Assembly: GCA_005884125.1 (NCBI GenBank)
Contig: VAXP01000141.1
Span: forward strand, 1 to 36,968
Length of the DNA: 36,968 nt
Source: Actinomycetota bacterium
GTDB lineage: Bacteria; Actinomycetota; Acidimicrobiia; Acidimicrobiales; AC-35
Direction: 5' to 3'
Shown: piece by piece, positions 1-9,991 of the stretch
How the letters are laid out: each line of letters starts with the position of its first letter
How positions within the stretch are numbered: position 1 is the first letter of the stretch
Made by a program: the position numbers and the translations under genes
Notes under the pieces: model-generated
Told to the model about the DNA's origin: nothing
The model's input: only the letters and a program-made list of their open reading frames with translations
Database searches by the model: none

Positions 1-1
1 C

Positions 2-637
2 AACGGGGGCGGCTTCAGCGCCACCAGGGCGGAGGGATTCGGTCCCTCCGAAGCCGGTTCCGACGCGGCCTACCCCTACCTCCGGGCCGCGCCCTACCCC
101 ACCGCCGATCCCCTGCCCTGGTCGGTGACGGTGGGGCTGGGCGACGTCGCCTCCCGCCTCGGCTATCCGGGACAGGTGACGGCTGTGACCGTGGCCAAGG
201 CCGGACCCTCCGGTCGGGCCCTGGAGGTGACGCTGGAGGGCAGCGCCGGTCCCCGGCCCGTGGTCGGGGTCGCCTTCGCCGCCGCCCTGGGCCTGCGCTC
301 GACCCTGTTCACCACGCGGATCGGGAGCGCGGCCGCCGCGCCCCCGGCGCCTCCGCCCACCCAGGCCCAGGCCCCGCCCGAGGACGCCGCCGCCATCGCG
401 GCCTCCTCCCTGGCCGTGGGCCCGCCCACCGCGGGGGCCTCGGCGGGGGCCCTGTCCCACCCCGGGCGGGCCCACTCCGGAGGATGGAGCCTGCCCCTGT
501 GGCCCGCCCTGGTCGTGGCCGGCGGGGCCGGGGCCCTGGCCGCGGCAGCCAGGGCCACGGGACGCCGGCCCGTGCTCGCGGCCCGGACCCTGTGGCAGCG
601 TCTGCGCCGTGCCGGCGACAGCGGCATCGCCTCCTGA
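2..637 (+). CDS. SpoIID/LytB-domain cell-wall hydrolase, C-terminal part (5' truncated by the window), with a C-terminal TM anchor
   Basis: The frame is open from base 2: NGGGFSAT...AYPYLRAAPY...W...GPSGRALEVTLEG...ALGLRSTLFT resembles the SpoIID C-terminus. It is followed by a Pro/Ala linker, a hydrophobic helix and a basic tail. Confidence 0.7.
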   Translation, partial: NGGGFSATRAEGFGPSEAGSDAAYPYLRAAPYPTADPLPWSVTVGLGDVASRLGYPGQVTAVTVAKAGPSGRALEVTLEGSAGPRPVVGVAFAAALGLRSTLFTTRIGSAAAAPPAPPPTQAQAPPEDAAAIAASSLAVGPPTAGASAGALSHPGRAHSGGWSLPLWPALVVAGGAGALAAAARATGRRPVLAARTLWQRLRRAGDSGIAS

Positions 638-786
638 CCCACTGGCGGGCTCGCCGGGTCCCGGGCCCTGGCCGCCGTGGCCCGGGCGCCCCGTAAGGCC
701 CCCACACCCCCGACGCCTCACACGCCCTGCACCTGCAGGAGCCCCTCACCGAAGCCCAAGCCCAGCTCTGGCCCGCGAACGCGAAA

Positions 787-851
787 GCGCCGCAGCGCTT
801 TCTCGGCACGAGACCATCGCCGGTCTCGGGCCGAGAGGGGCGCTGCGGCGC
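787..851. terminator. Long GC-rich hairpin between convergent genes; probable groEL or bidirectional terminator
   Basis: The arms are GCGCCGCAGCGC/GCGCTGCGGCGC, TCTCGGC/GCCGAGA and CGAGACC/GGTCTCG around a 6-nt loop. It lies about 25 nt after the groEL stop and is followed by TTT on the minus strand. Confidence 0.7.
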
Positions 852-876
852 CAATCCGGTCTTGGCGTTAGTGGAC

Positions 877-2547
<1,671 letters not shown>

Positions 2548-2574
2548 TTAGCACTCTCAACCCTTGAGTGCTAA
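2548..2574. promoter_or_regulatory. CIRCE element (HrcA operator)
   Basis: Exact TTAGCACTC-N9-GAGTGCTAA about 50 nt upstream of groEL. A candidate -35 TTGCAC lies at 2604-2599. Confidence 0.97.
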
Positions 2575-2674
2575 CAGCAAAGCACGCGCGGGGCAGGCGT
2601 GCAAACCGCGCCGGAAGGGGCGAGGAGGGAGATAGGAGGGGCCGGAGAGGGCGAGGGGGGGCGGGGGGCCCGGC

Positions 2675-3142
2675 TCAGCGGGGCCCGACGCGGGGGCGGC
2701 TGAAGGCGGACTCGAGCCGCTCCAGCAGCTCGGCCTTCTGCAGCTCGGTCTCCCGGCGGGCCTGGAGCTCGTCCAGGCTGGTGTCCAGCAGCTCGCGGAC
2801 CTTGTCGACCAGGTGATCGGGGTCGAAGGGCTTGGTCAGGTACTCGTCGGCCCCCAGCTCCCAGCCCCGCACGTAGTCGCGCTCGGCCGTCTTGGCCGTG
2901 ACGATGAGGATCCGGGTCTCGGGGGCCAGGCCCAGCTGGCGGCGGCTGCGCAGCACCCCGAAGCCGTCCACGCCCGGCATCATCAGGTCGAGGACCAGGC
3001 AGTCGGGGGGCATGGCCCTCAGGGCGGCGATGGCCTCGGCCCCGTCGGCCGCCTCCCGGACCTCGAACCCCGAGTCCTCCAGGGTGAAGGCCAGGATGCC
3101 GCGGATGTCCGGTTCGTCGTCCACGATGAGCACGTTCCGCAC
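2675..3142 (-). CDS. Orphan single-domain response regulator (receiver) with a charged helical C-terminal tail
   Basis: Receiver motifs VLIVDDE, LDLMMP (phosphoacceptor), VTAK and YLTKPF are present, with no DNA-binding domain. GTG at 3142 was chosen because it follows a GCCGATAA -10. Confidence 0.9.
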   Translation of the reverse strand: MRNVLIVDDEPDIRGILAFTLEDSGFEVREAADGAEAIAALRAMPPDCLVLDLMMPGVDGFGVLRSRRQLGLAPETRILIVTAKTAERDYVRGWELGADEYLTKPFDPDHLVDKVRELLDTSLDELQARRETELQKAELLERLESAFSRPRVGPR

Positions 3143-3149
3143 CCTTGCG

Positions 3150-3177
3150 TTATCGGCCGCCACGGAGAGGAGTTGAG
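3150..3177 (-). promoter_or_regulatory. Sigma28 (FliA/WhiG/SigD)-like promoter of the receiver gene
   Basis: TCAA-N15-GCCGATAA, ending 7 nt before the GTG start. Confidence 0.7.
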
Positions 3178-3205
3178 GTTGGGCGCGCGTCACCGCCCCA
3201 GCGGG

Positions 3206-3481
3206 CTAGCCCCCGGCGACGGCGGGCACGATGGAGACGGTCTGGCCCTCGGCCACCGGCGTCTCCAGGCCCTGGAGGAAGCGGACGTCCTCCTCGGCCA
3301 CGAAGACGTTCACGAAGCGGCGCAGCTGGCCGGCGTCGTCGAACAGGCGCCGGCCGAAGCCGGGGTGGGCCGCGTCCAGTCCCTTCAGGACCTCGCCCAC
3401 GGTGGAGCCGTCGACCGACACCTCCCCCGCACCCCCGGTGAGGGTGCGCAGCTGGGTGGGGATGCGGACCTTCACGGGCAT
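3206..3481 (-). CDS. ThiS/MoaD/CysO-family ubiquitin-like sulfur carrier protein
   Basis: 91 aa with VRIPTQLR and LRRFVNVFV, ending in IVPAVAGG (di-glycine). Confidence 0.93.
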   Translation of the reverse strand: MPVKVRIPTQLRTLTGGAGEVSVDGSTVGEVLKGLDAAHPGFGRRLFDDAGQLRRFVNVFVAEEDVRFLQGLETPVAEGQTVSIVPAVAGG

Positions 3482-3511
3482 GGCGACTCCGACCTGGCAG
3501 CCCCGGGGCGG

Positions 3512-4747
3512 TCAGTCGTCGACTTCGACGGCTGACTCGAACGCCTCCAGGGTGGGGGCGATGGTAGCGGTGGGCCCGACGTGGGGGGCCACGGCGTCGA
3601 TGGTCTTGAGCCCGATGCCGGTGACGTAGGCCACCACCCGCTCGTCGCGCCGCACCACGCCGGACGAGGCCAGCTGGGCCAGGGTGGCGATCGTCACCCC
3701 GCCCGCGGTCTCGGTGAAGATGCCCTCGGTCCGGGCCAGGAGGCGGATGCCCTCGACGATCTCGTCGTCGGTGACCGAGCCGATGGCGCCCCCGCTCGAG
3801 CGCACCACGTCCAGGGCGTACCAGCCGTCGGCCGGGTCGCCGATGGCCAGGGACTTGGCGATGGTGTCGGGCTTCACCGGCCTCACGTGATCGGCGCCGG
3901 TGGCGAAGGCGGTGGCGACGGGCGAGCAGCCCTGGGCCTGGGCCCCTGACACCCGCAGGTGGGGCTCCTCGCTCAGCAGGCCGACGCGGTGCAGCTCGCG
4001 GAAGCCCTTGTGGATCTTGGTGAGCTGGCTGCCCGAGGCGATGGGGACGACGACGTGGTCGGGTGTCTGCCAACCGAGCTGCTCGGCCACCTCGAAGGCC
4101 AGGGTCTTGGAGCCCTCGGCGTAGTAGGTGCGCACGTTGACGTTGACGAAGGCCCAACTGGGATGCTCACCGGCCAGCTCGGCGCACAGCCGGTTGACGT
4201 CGTCGTAGGTCCCCTCGACGGCGATGAGGTTGCCGCCGAAGACGGCGGTGGTCACGACCTTGGCCTGCTCCAGGTCGCGAGGGATGAACACGTAGGACTC
4301 CATGCCGGCCCGGGCCGCGTGGGCCGCCACCGAGTTGGCCAGGTTCCCCGTCGAGGCGCAGGCCGCCACCTTGAAGCCGAGCTCGCGGGCCTTGGTCAGG
4401 GCCACGGACACGACCCGGTCCTTGAACGAGCCCGTGGGGTTGAGGGTGTCGTTCTTGAGCCATAGCTCGCCCAGCCCCAGCTGGGCGGCCAGGCGGTCGG
4501 CCCTAACCAGGGGGGTGAAGCCGGCGCCCAGGTCCACCGCCCCCTGGGCCCGAGCGGGCAGGAGGTCGGCGTAGCGCCAGATGGTGTCGGGGCCGGCCGC
4601 GATCCTCTCCCTGGAGGTGGCGGCGGCGATGCCGTCGTAGTCGTAGGCGACCTCGAGGGGCCCGAAGCAGTACTCGCAGACGTGCAGCGCCTCCGCCGGG
4701 TACGTGCGCGCGCACTCCCGACAGCGGAGCCCTTCGACGAACGTCAC
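3512..4747 (-). CDS. Threonine synthase-like PLP enzyme (fold type II); possibly an O-phosphohomoserine sulfhydrylase
   Basis: N-terminal CxxC..CxxC, PLP-lysine motif NPTGSFKDR, CASTGN, EGSKT and VTGIGLKT. The GTG start follows a GGGGAGG RBS. The family call is secure; the reaction is not. Confidence 0.88.
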   Translation of the reverse strand: MTFVEGLRCRECARTYPAEALHVCEYCFGPLEVAYDYDGIAAATSRERIAAGPDTIWRYADLLPARAQGAVDLGAGFTPLVRADRLAAQLGLGELWLKNDTLNPTGSFKDRVVSVALTKARELGFKVAACASTGNLANSVAAHAARAGMESYVFIPRDLEQAKVVTTAVFGGNLIAVEGTYDDVNRLCAELAGEHPSWAFVNVNVRTYYAEGSKTLAFEVAEQLGWQTPDHVVVPIASGSQLTKIHKGFRELHRVGLLSEEPHLRVSGAQAQGCSPVATAFATGADHVRPVKPDTIAKSLAIGDPADGWYALDVVRSSGGAIGSVTDDEIVEGIRLLARTEGIFTETAGGVTIATLAQLASSGVVRRDERVVAYVTGIGLKTIDAVAPHVGPTATIAPTLEAFESAVEVDD

Positions 4748-4754
4748 GGTTCCT

Positions 4755-4850
4755 CCCCATCGATCGGGCATTGGCACCTGACCGGCACATCTGGCCGATC
4801 TGGTTGCCGCGGCGTCAAAGGGCCCGTCCCTCAGCCGCTCTGGATGATGG
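4755..4850 (-). ncRNA. SAM-I (S-box) riboswitch, P4-less variant, probably translational
   Basis: The minus strand reads CATC-CAGAG-CGGCT-GAGGGACGGGCCCTTTGA-CGCCG-CGGCAACC...GGTGCCAATGCCCG-ATC-GATGGGG. This has the SAM-I core motifs, kink-turn GA steps and a CGGG/CCCG pseudoknot. The 3' strand of P1 overlaps the RBS. A candidate promoter TTGACG-N18-CACCAT lies at 4887-4858. Confidence 0.92.
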
Positions 4851-4956
4851 CAACACCATGGTGGACGAGGGCGGACCTGGCCGTCAAAAGGGTTCTGTGG
4901 GGTCCTCGCCTGGTCCCGCGTGAAGCCGGCGGGGCGGTGGGCGAGACTGGGCCCGC

Positions 4957-5862
4957 ATGCCCACACCGATCCTGCGCACCGTGCACCACCGCGACTTCCC
5001 CCCGGAGAGGCTGATGGCGGCCAAGCGGGGCCGCAGGGTGTCGGTCTGCCTTCCCGCCCGGGACGAGGAAGCCACGATCGGCCCCATCGTGGCCGCCGTG
5101 CGCAGAGAGCTGATGGAGCGCGTCGGCCTGGTCGAGGAGATCGTGGTGGTCGACGACGGATCCAGCGACGCCACCGCGGCCGTGGCCCGCGCCGCCGGGG
5201 CGCGGGTGGTGGCGGGCGAGGGCGTGCTCCGAGGCGAGGCACCGGGCGGCGCCGGGGGCAAGGGCGAGGCCATGTGGAAGGCGGTGTACGAGGCCAAGGG
5301 CGATCTCATCGCCTTCCTCGACGCCGACGTGCGCAACTTCGCCCCGTCATTCGTCACCGGTCTGCTCGGTCCGCTCCTCACCGACGACGACGTGGGACTG
5401 GTGAAGGCCCTCTACGACCGGCCTCTGGAGGGCGAGCCGGGCCAGGGGGGCCGCGTCACCGAGCTGGTGGCCCGTCCCCTGATCTCCCTCCTCTTCCCCC
5501 ACCTGGCCGCGGTGGGCCAGCCCCTGGCGGGCGAGTGCGCGGGGCGCCGCGAGGTCTTCGAGCGCGTCCCCTTCGCCCGGGGCTACGGCGTGGAGCTGGC
5601 CTTGCTGGTGGACGTGGCCGCCCGCTTCGGGATCGGCGCCATGGCCCAGGTCGACATAGGCACCAGGGTCCACCGCAACCGGCCCCTGGAGGAGCTCTCG
5701 CCCCAGGCCCTGGCCATCCTGCACACGGCCCTGGCCCGGGCGGGCACGGCCGTGCGCCCCGACCCCCTGCTGGTGCGGCCCGGGGCCGAGCCCAGCACCG
5801 TGGTCACCGGCGACTGCCCGCCTCTCATCGACATCCCCGCCTACCGCCGGCGCACGGCCTGA
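4957..5862 (+). CDS. gpgS: Glucosyl-3-phosphoglycerate synthase (GT81)
   Basis: VSVCLPARDEEATIG, GKGEAMW, FLDAD, GGRVTELVARPL, QPLAGE, GYGVE and RVHRNRPL. Confidence 0.9.
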   Translation: MPTPILRTVHHRDFPPERLMAAKRGRRVSVCLPARDEEATIGPIVAAVRRELMERVGLVEEIVVVDDGSSDATAAVARAAGARVVAGEGVLRGEAPGGAGGKGEAMWKAVYEAKGDLIAFLDADVRNFAPSFVTGLLGPLLTDDDVGLVKALYDRPLEGEPGQGGRVTELVARPLISLLFPHLAAVGQPLAGECAGRREVFERVPFARGYGVELALLVDVAARFGIGAMAQVDIGTRVHRNRPLEELSPQALAILHTALARAGTAVRPDPLLVRPGAEPSTVVTGDCPPLIDIPAYRRRTA

Positions 5863-6851
5863 TCGCCCGGGCGCCGGTCCAGCTCCCCGGCCACCACCTC
5901 CTCGACGCAGCTCAGGGCGTCGTGCATGGCCCGCTCCTCACCGAAGCGGTCGACCAGGGAGACGGCGTCGACCCCGTGCTCGCCCTCCACCTGCCCGGCC
6001 ACGACCACCACGGGCACGCCGTGCTCCCGGGCCAGCCCCACCACCCCGCCGACGGCCTTGCCCTGGAAGGACTGGTCGTCGAGGAAGCCCTCGCCCGTGA
6101 GCACCAGGTCGGCGCCCTCGATGCGCTCGGCCAGACCGATGGCGTCGGCCACCAGGTCGAAGCCGGGCACCAGGCTCGCCCCCACCGCGGCCAGCCCCCC
6201 GGCCAGGCCCCCGGCCGCTCCCGCTCCGGGCAGGGAGCGCACGTCGACGCCGTGGTCCCGCTCGTAGACCTGGGCCAGGCGCTCCAGGCGGTTGGTGAGC
6301 AGGGCCACCTGGGCCGGCGTCGCCCCCTTCTGCGGGGCGAAGAGGGGGGCGGCGTCGACGAAGGGAATGGTCACGTCGCAGGCCACGACCAGCTCGACGC
6401 CCCGGAGCCGGGCCAGGGGCTCGAGGGCCTTGAGGCACCCGAGCCCCCCGTCGGTCGTGGCCGAGCCCCCGGCGCCCACGATCACCGACCGGGCCCCGGC
6501 GGCGATGGCCGCGGCCACGAGCTGGCCCGTCCCCGTGGTCGAGGCCCGCAGGGGGTCGTTGCCCTCGGGCCCCCCGACCAGGCCCAGGCCCGAGGCCCGG
6601 GCCATCTCGATGACGGCCCGGCCGGCCTGCATGCGCCACTCCGCCTCGACGGGCCGGCCCAGGGGCCCCGTGACCAGGGTGCGCCGCACCGAGCCCCCCA
6701 GCGCCTCCAGCAGCCCCTCGCCGCCGTCGGCCACCGGGGCCCGGTCGCAGGTCCAGCCCGCGCCGGCCGCGGCCCTGGCCATGGCCTCGGCCACCTGGGC
6801 GGCCGTGGCCGTCCCCCGGAACTTGTCGGGCGCGGCCACCACGTGCGCCAC
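5841..6851 (-). CDS. glxK: Glycerate kinase (GlxK/GarK family)
   Basis: APDKFRGT, PVADGGEG, GGSATTDGG, GAGAAGG and LTGEGFLDDQSFQGK. Confidence 0.9.
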   Translation of the reverse strand: MAHVVAAPDKFRGTATAAQVAEAMARAAAGAGWTCDRAPVADGGEGLLEALGGSVRRTLVTGPLGRPVEAEWRMQAGRAVIEMARASGLGLVGGPEGNDPLRASTTGTGQLVAAAIAAGARSVIVGAGGSATTDGGLGCLKALEPLARLRGVELVVACDVTIPFVDAAPLFAPQKGATPAQVALLTNRLERLAQVYERDHGVDVRSLPGAGAAGGLAGGLAAVGASLVPGFDLVADAIGLAERIEGADLVLTGEGFLDDQSFQGKAVGGVVGLAREHGVPVVVVAGQVEGEHGVDAVSLVDRFGEERAMHDALSCVEEVVAGELDRRPGDQAVRRR

Positions 6852-6915
6852 GGCCCCGATCCTGCCTCACGGCCCGGCGGGGCGGCCAAGGCAGGACGGT
6901 AGGGTTCGGCCCACC

Positions 6916-8269
6916 GTGGCCGAGTCCCAGCTCAACCAGCTCATCGTGGCCTCCAACCGGGGCCCGCTGGCCTTCGAGCGGGGACCTTCGGGGACCCTGG
7001 TCCCAGGGCGCGGCGGTGGGGGCCTCGTCGCCTCCCTGGGCCCGGCACTGGCCGGGACGGGCGCCACCTGGGCCGCCGGCGCCATCTCCAGGGCTGACCG
7101 TGAGGCCGCCGGGGGCGGCCCCATCGAGGCCGAGGGCTTCCGGGTCCAGCTTCTCGACCTGCCTGCGCCCCAGTACCGCCAGTTCTACAACGTGGTCTCC
7201 AACGCCACGCTCTGGTTCCTCTACCACGGGCTGTTCGACCACGCCCGCCGGCCCCGCTTCGACAAGCACTGGCGGGGCGCGTGGGAGGGCTACCGGGCCA
7301 TCAACTCCCGCTTCGCCGAGGCCGTGGCCACCCTGGCCGCCCCGGGCGCCACCGTCCTCATCCACGACTTCCACCTCTCCCTGGTGCCCGGCGAGCTCGC
7401 CTCCCGCCGCCCCGACCTGCGCACCGTGCACTTCCATCACACGCCCTTCCCCGCCCTCGACGGCCTGCGGGTGCTGCCCGACGCCGTCCGCTCCGAGCTC
7501 ATGTCGAGTCTGGCCGCGGCCTCGGCCTGCGGCTTCCACGCCCGGCGCTGGGCCGCCAACTTCGAGGCCTGCAGCAGCGACGTGCTGGGCTGGACACCCT
7601 CCACCTTCGTGTCGCCCATCAGCCCCGACCACGACGACATCGGGAGCACGGCCGACTCCAAGGAGTGCGCCGACGAGGGAGCCGCCCTCGAGGACCATCG
7701 AGCTGTCCAAGAACCTGCTGCGGGGGTTCCTGGCCTACGACGAGCTGCTCGAGGCCAGGCCCGACCTGCGGGGCCGGGTCGTGTTCGCCGCCCTCGTGTA
7801 TCCCACCCGCCAGGGGCTGCCCGAGTACCAGGCCTACCGCCAGGAGGTCGAGGGCCTGGCCCGCCGGCTGAACCAGCGGTGGGGCGGCTCGGACTGGACC
7901 CCGGTGCTGCTCGACCTGGAGGACAACTACCCGCGCTCGGTGGCCGCCCTGCGCCGGGCCGACGTTCTCCTGGTCAACCCCGTGCGCGACGGGCTCAACC
8001 TGGTGGCCAAGGAGGGGCCGCTGGTGAACGAGCGCCACGGCGTGCTCGTGCTGTCGCGCGAGGCGGGGGTGTGGGACGAGCTGTCGCAGTGGGCCATAGG
8101 CGTGAACCCCTTCGACGTGACCGGGACTGCCGAGGCCATGGGCGCGGCCCTGGACATGGCCCCCGGGGAACGGGCCGAGCGGGCCGAGGCCCTGAGGCGG
8201 GCCGCGGCCCGGCGCTCGCCCGAGGACTGGCTGGCCGACCAGCTGGCCGCGGCCCGCCCCCGCCCCTGA
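6916..8269 (+). pseudogene. otsA: Trehalose-6-phosphate synthase (GT20), frameshifted near 7696 (possibly an assembly artefact)
   Basis: The N-half (IVASNRGP, GGGGLV, LWFLYH, IHDFHL, HFHHTPFP) is in one frame. The C-half (IELSKNLLRG, VNPVRDGLNLVAKEG, VNPFD) is in another. The conserved 'RVDR' segment before IELSK is missing. Confidence 0.88.
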
Positions 8270-8287
8270 GCCCGCGCCCGGGGCCCG

Positions 8288-9115
8288 TCAGGTCGCGGCG
8301 GTAGCAGCCAGCCAGCGCAGCAGCTCGAGGGCTCCCTCGGGCCCGCTCACGACCCCGTCGGCCGCGGCCAAGAGCTCGGGAGGAGCCTCGGGCCCGGCCA
8401 CGGCCACGGCCCGGGTGACCATGCCTTCGGCGCCCAGCCTGCGCAGGGCCGCGAAGGCGGGGAGGTCGCCGACGTCGTCGCCCACGAAGCAGGCCGCGTC
8501 CAGGCCCCGGGCCAGCCCGGCGACGACCGTGCCCTTGTCCGCGTCCACGGGAGGGCGTAGCTCCACCGAGCGCTTGGCCGCATGGACGGCCAGCCCCGTG
8601 CGCTCGGCCTGGGACCGGGCGAAGGCGACGGCCCAGCTCTCGGCCTCGGGCGCGGCCCGCCAGTGCAAGGTGACCGACAGACCCTTGCGCTCGACCACGG
8701 CCCCGGTCGGCGCGACCGCCTCCGCCTCCCGGGCCGCCTGCTCCACCGCCTCGCTCCAGCCCGCGGCGTCGGGGTGGACCTCGACCGACCCGTCGCCCCC
8801 GCGCTCCAGGCCGTAGAGGCCGGCCAGCACGACCCCGGCGCCGACCGCCTCCTGGCCGATGTGGGCCAGGAGGAACGAGGCGGGCCGGCCCGACACCACC
8901 GCCACCCGGGCGTACCTGCGCGCCAGCTCGGCCAGGGCCGCACCCGCTCCCGGCAGCGGGCGGGCCGCGGCCGGATCCTCGACGATGGGCGACAGCGTCC
9001 CGTCGAAGTCGACGAGCACGGCGGCGCGCGCCGCCTGCTCCCGGATGGGGGCGAGGCGCTCCGCCAGTCGCTCGGGGATGCGGTGGGCGCGGTGGGCGGC
9101 GTGGGCGGCATCCAT
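8288..9115 (-). CDS. otsB: Trehalose-6-phosphate phosphatase (HAD)
   Basis: DFDGTLSPI, VVSGR, GLYGLE, ERKGLSVTLHWR, ELRP..DKG and GDDVGDLPAF. Confidence 0.92.
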   Translation of the reverse strand: MDAAHAAHRAHRIPERLAERLAPIREQAARAAVLVDFDGTLSPIVEDPAAARPLPGAGAALAELARRYARVAVVSGRPASFLLAHIGQEAVGAGVVLAGLYGLERGGDGSVEVHPDAAGWSEAVEQAAREAEAVAPTGAVVERKGLSVTLHWRAAPEAESWAVAFARSQAERTGLAVHAAKRSVELRPPVDADKGTVVAGLARGLDAACFVGDDVGDLPAFAALRRLGAEGMVTRAVAVAGPEAPPELLAAADGVVSGPEGALELLRWLAATAAT

Positions 9116-9148
9116 GGAGGCGACGGGTCACGCTACCGTTCCCCGCTC

Positions 9149-9958
9149 GTGCCCGAGCCCGTCATCCGCCCCCGTCCCCGGCCGCGGGCGGCGGGGGCGC
9201 TGGCGGCCGTCGTCGCCGTGGCCATGGCCACGGGCGCCTGCCGCCAGGAGGCGGTGCGCATCGTGTTCAGGCCCAGAGCCGGGGACGCCCTGAGCTACCG
9301 GGTCAAGGTGCGCACGACAAGCGACATCCACCTCACCGGGCAGGAGGCGCAGAGGTCGGTGGACGAGATCACCTTCACCGAACGCCAGCAGGTGCTCGCC
9401 GTCGACGCCGAGGGCACGACCGTGTCCGTGCGCATCAGCGTGCCCGGGACGCAGCGCGACTACGTGGTGCGCCTCGACCGCCAGTTCCAGCTCACCTCGG
9501 TGCAGCAGGTCGAGGGTCTGCCCAGCGCCGAGCTGGGTCGCCTGGGCCTGGCCGAGATCTTCCCCCCCGCCGCGGGCGCGCCCCCGGACAGGCCGCTGCG
9601 GACAGGGAACCGCTGGCGCATCGACCAGGTGGTGGACCTGCCCGGCCTGCAGCGGGCCCGGCTGTAGGGCACGGGCCGCCTGGCCGGGCTGGGCAGCTCC
9701 TCGGGCCGGCGGCTGGCCACCGTGTCGGCCACGCTCGACCTTCCCGTGACCGGCCCCGCGCCCCCGCCCGCGCCCGCGGGGGTGACCCTGACCGGCACCC
9801 AGCGCACCCGGTCCCAGACGACGCGCTCGCTCGGCGACGGGTCGGTGGAGGGCGTGCGGGCCGACAGCGCCGCCGACCTGGTCATCTCCCTGCCCTCGGG
9901 CGGCACCGTGGGCACCCTGCACCTGGAGGTGGGCTCGGTCACCAGCCGGCTGCGGTGA
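9149..9958 (+). pseudogene. Putative lipoprotein of unknown function, interrupted by an in-frame TAG at 9665-9667
   Basis: A basic N-terminus, hydrophobic stretch and ATGA-C lipobox. The same frame continues with normal codon usage after the TAG to the TGA at 9958. A -10 TACCGT lies at 9134-9139. Confidence 0.65.
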
Positions 9959-9991
9959 GGCGACCGGGGTCCCGCACCCGCCCGGTCAGGG

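Noticed and set aside
640-786. REP-like element or small RNA in the SpoIID-groEL intergenic region (and the GC-rich 15220-15380 interval)
   Set aside because: Only short GC-rich stems, as expected by chance at this composition. I saw no second copy in the window.
3512-5242. Extended N-termini from the ORF track (ThrC-like 576 aa, lysS 664 aa, panD 290 aa, hpt 457 aa, carD 207 aa)
   Set aside because: The extensions overlap neighbouring genes or the riboswitch. RBS, -10 or stop-start overlap evidence supports shorter starts.
9665-9667. Pyrrolysine or programmed amber recoding
   Set aside because: There are no pyl genes in the window, and TAG is used as a normal stop by several genes here (e.g. 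carD, clpC, lysS, folK, tilS).
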